The notes under the pieces were generated by a model, which was not told the origin of the DNA, did no database searches, and saw only the letters and a list, made by a program, of their open reading frames with translations. From Nemertoderma westbladi (Eukaryota; Animalia; Xenacoelomorpha): a DNA stretch of 64,000 bases. Position numbers and translations under genes: made by a program. The stretch is taken from assembly GCA_032718475.1 (NCBI GenBank), contig JAUCBJ010009135.1:82626-146625 (forward strand), read 5' to 3'. Shown here in pieces: positions 61,101 to 64,000 of this stretch; within the stretch, counting starts at the first letter, position 1; every line of letters starts with the position of its first letter.

Positions 61101-64000
61101 CGGTATGGTCGACGGTTCCTCGTCGCCGTCGTACCATAGGAAGCGCTGGCTGTCGTTATCCTCTTCCGTTACACGGACTTGGTTGAACATGCCTTCAATG
61201 TCGCAGGTGAAGGCGTGCTTCCCGTTCCTGAATCTAAGTAGGACCTCGATCCCTGAGTTATAGATATTGGGACCCTCCAGCAGATAATCGTTTAGGCATT
61301 TGCCGTTGGTCTTAGCCGATGCGTCAACTACCATCCGCAGTTTACCTTTCTTCGGGTCTAGAGCCACATGGAGTGGCAGGTAGTAGGTCCTGTCCGTGTT
61401 CGGTTCGTTGACCGGTAACTCTACGGCCCATCCTTATGGATGTACTCATTCTTTTCAGGGCCCGTTTTAGCGTTTGCTTCAACTTGCGAAGCCTCATGAG
61501 TACCATTCTTTTGTTGTCGGGTAATGGTAGTTTTGGTAGTTTCCATACCATCCCTATGGTATACCGCCCCTCGTCGCATCTCATCGACTCCTTTACGCTT
61601 TGTAAAGCCTGCTTGTCTTCCACCGAGGTTCCGACCCTGGTCTCTTTGAATCCCTCAAAATCCTGCCTGAGAAGTCTCCTGAGCTGCTCCTCCGCTCTCT
61701 CATCTCCCATCTCTCGCATAGTACCCGCGAACATGCACCCTGATGTCTCCGACATCCTAAATGGTATCTTGGTCTTAATTGGGCTGCTCAGCGTCCACCC
61801 GAATGGTGTTAAAATCGCCACCGAGTCATACTGCCTGTCTTCGCCGAAGACCGTTTGCATTCTCTTGTGGGCCGTCGGGCAGTCCATTCCTACTATGATG
61901 GATACCTTCCTAACGTCCACCTCTGGGATTGAGAAGTCGATACTGTCCAGGAATTTATATTGTTCGACCTCGATGTTGGTTGGTCGCCTGGCATTGATAT
62001 TTATCGACTCTATCACCTGGATGGGGTCGATGGTCGCCCCATAGTCGCATCCTGGTGCTATCACTGCTTTCCCGCACCGTCCGGTCCTCATCTCCAGGAC
62101 CTCATCTTTGCTGGAGATGGTTGTTACTGCCATTCTACTTGGCCTCGTTCTCAATCCTATCTCTTCGGCCACCCAATTCTCAACCAATGTGAAGGCTGCT
62201 CCACTGTCGACCAGCATCAGTGTGGTCACTGATCGATTGCCTTCCCCGATTATCCTTACTGGTACTACCCCGAGTAGTACCATTCCTCTTTTCTTCCCCC
62301 CTACGGTGCTTGTCGCCATCGTCTGCCCTTTACTTTGACCGAATTTAATTGGCATTTCTTCGCATTGGTTGGCTCTATGTCCACCCGTCACACACCGAGA
62401 ACAAACTTCATTCCTTCTCGCGTATTCTACCTGATCTTCCCTGGGTAGCGCTTGCCAGTACCTGCAGTTCATGGTCTGATGAAGTGCATTTGTGTGTAAT
62501 TGGCATTTGCTCTTTGGGTTGTAGCCGTCCTTATACAGTGCGCCGCATATCGCACTTACATTTGTACCAAAGTCCCTACTATTCTTATTGTTTGGGTTCG
62601 GCCTACTGGGCGTGTTGGGGTTATGTTTATTTGTGTTGTTATTTTTCCCCTGTCCACTCCATGATGTGGTCTTACCCCCGGCTACTTGTGGACTAGCAGT
62701 CCCCTGCGTCACCGCGTATGGCAGCGACTGCCTGAGCTTTGGCAATGCGTTCGCCGTATTGTGTTCTGGTTTCGGACTAGTGTATTCGGTCTTTGGTCCC
62801 TTTCCCAGGCTATCCTCGCTATAGACTGGGTCTGTTATTAATTCGGCTTCGTAGTTAAGGAAGCTCGACATTTCTTCTAGGCCCGCCTCCGCACCTATCT
62901 CTCTCGAGTGGAGAAGGCGATTTTCCTCCACTTATTGCGCAGCCAGATCGGTAGTGCCTGTGCTATCGTGGTGATGTTGTTAGATGCGTCAAGTTCGTAT
63001 GGCGCATCCAGCGTCTTTAACACGATTAGCGCTTTCTCGACTTTGTTCGCAAATGTCTTTATGCTAATGGGATTATCCTGTAGGCCACCTGATGTTATAC
63101 CTCTCAGGGTTTGCCGGATGATCTTGGCTGGGTGCCCGTACTCCCTGTCCAGTGCCCGCCATGCTGTCGTGAAGCCGCCCTCGATGCCCTGATACTGCCT
63201 CACGATGTCGTATGCTGGGCCTCCTGTATACACTTGCAGATATTTTAGGCACTCCGCTCTGCGTCAGGTTCTTCGTCAATATTTCATTGCTGTACATGCG
63301 CCGAAACTGCAGTATTCTTCCGGCCTACTTCCATCGAATTTAAATGGCTCTACAGGTGGCAGTCGATCCTGGTCTTTAAGGCATCGATTAATGTAGCCAT
63401 TCCCATCGCCTGTGCCTCCAATGGGTTCGATGGATGCTGTACAGATTCTGCCGTTGGGTGCGGTCCATTCGTCCTATCTGCTGCCCTTCTCTGTGTTGGG
63501 TATGTCATAGGGGGTAGCGGCCCCCTCCATATCTCGGTGTCGCATGACCTGTTCTCGTCCAAGGGGTTCGATGTTCTTGTTCCTATTGGAGTATATTGTT
63601 GATATTGTGATGGGGGAATGTCACCCTGTCCCCCCCCCCCCCCCACCGGTATGTTTGATACTGGGGTTGATGTTAATATATTGGGGCCCATGCACCTATC
63701 CGCAATAATTCTCCCCTCCCCTGGATATATGTTATGTCCTTGCATGCTGTAGTCATACTGCTGTGCTGGTACCGGTATAGGCCTATCCACTTCTGGCCTA
63801 CCTACCGGTATGTACTCCGCGACTTCCGGGTTTAATCCCGTCGTCCGCGCTACCCTATCGCCTACATTATCTCTCCCAGCACGGCCCATAGTATGTGCAG
63901 TAAGGCCTACAGTATGTCCTGCAGTCTGTATGTGTCGCTCGGGATCGAAGTTTAACCTTCTCGAATAATCCTCCCCGCGGCTACCGTATTCTCGATCGGT

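Larger units (their letters stand above)
56127..64000 (-). mobile_element. BEL/Pao-family LTR retrotransposon (gag-pol frameshifted; 5' part outside window)
   Basis: Gag (AWRALDREYG; knuckles CQLH..H..C and CSRC..GH...C), protease LVDSGA, RT (LRMVVDAS, CDIEGMFNQV, FYVDDG), RNase H/Pao region (HMFSDAS..AYGA, PKLEL, WTDS), integrase (HGG, GVDMFGP, SDNGTNFVGA) and C-terminal WRRWVEEYLPTL, in ORFs 62895..63233, 61342..62931, 60066..61367 and 58511..60172. Left boundary less certain than the coding part. Confidence 0.9.

Noticed and set aside
58767-63396. Plus-strand ORFs up to 202 aa over the BEL/Pao element
   Set aside because: Antisense frames of GC-richer gag-pol sequence with no independent domain evidence.

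Overview
Eukaryotic, AT-rich, repeat-rich genomic window, most likely an invertebrate animal (inferred from RTE and L2/CR1-type LINEs, a BEL/Pao LTR retrotransposon and satellites). It holds two very large uninterrupted minus-strand ORFs. (1) An ORF missing from the supplied track because it runs off the left edge (6771 to <1, >=2257 aa). I translated its N-terminal ~600 aa and sampled blocks further down by hand. It encodes a pannexin/LRRC8-like four-TM large-pore channel domain followed by about 19 or more fibronectin type III (FN3) repeats instead of leucine-rich repeats. (2) 49136..44319 (1605 aa): an atypical caspase domain (His96/Cys140 dyad) + WD40 propeller + about 11 FN3 repeats. The two FN3 arrays share the same ~5-domain super-repeat. 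This suggests a linked protease/channel pair, possibly an undescribed innate-immune or cell-death module; the function is inference. Between the genes lie ~27 kb of tandem arrays (59, 68, 45, 42, 50 and ~65 bp units); the 59-bp array is derived from RTE reverse-transcriptase sequence. The right quarter is nested retroelements. No database searches were run.
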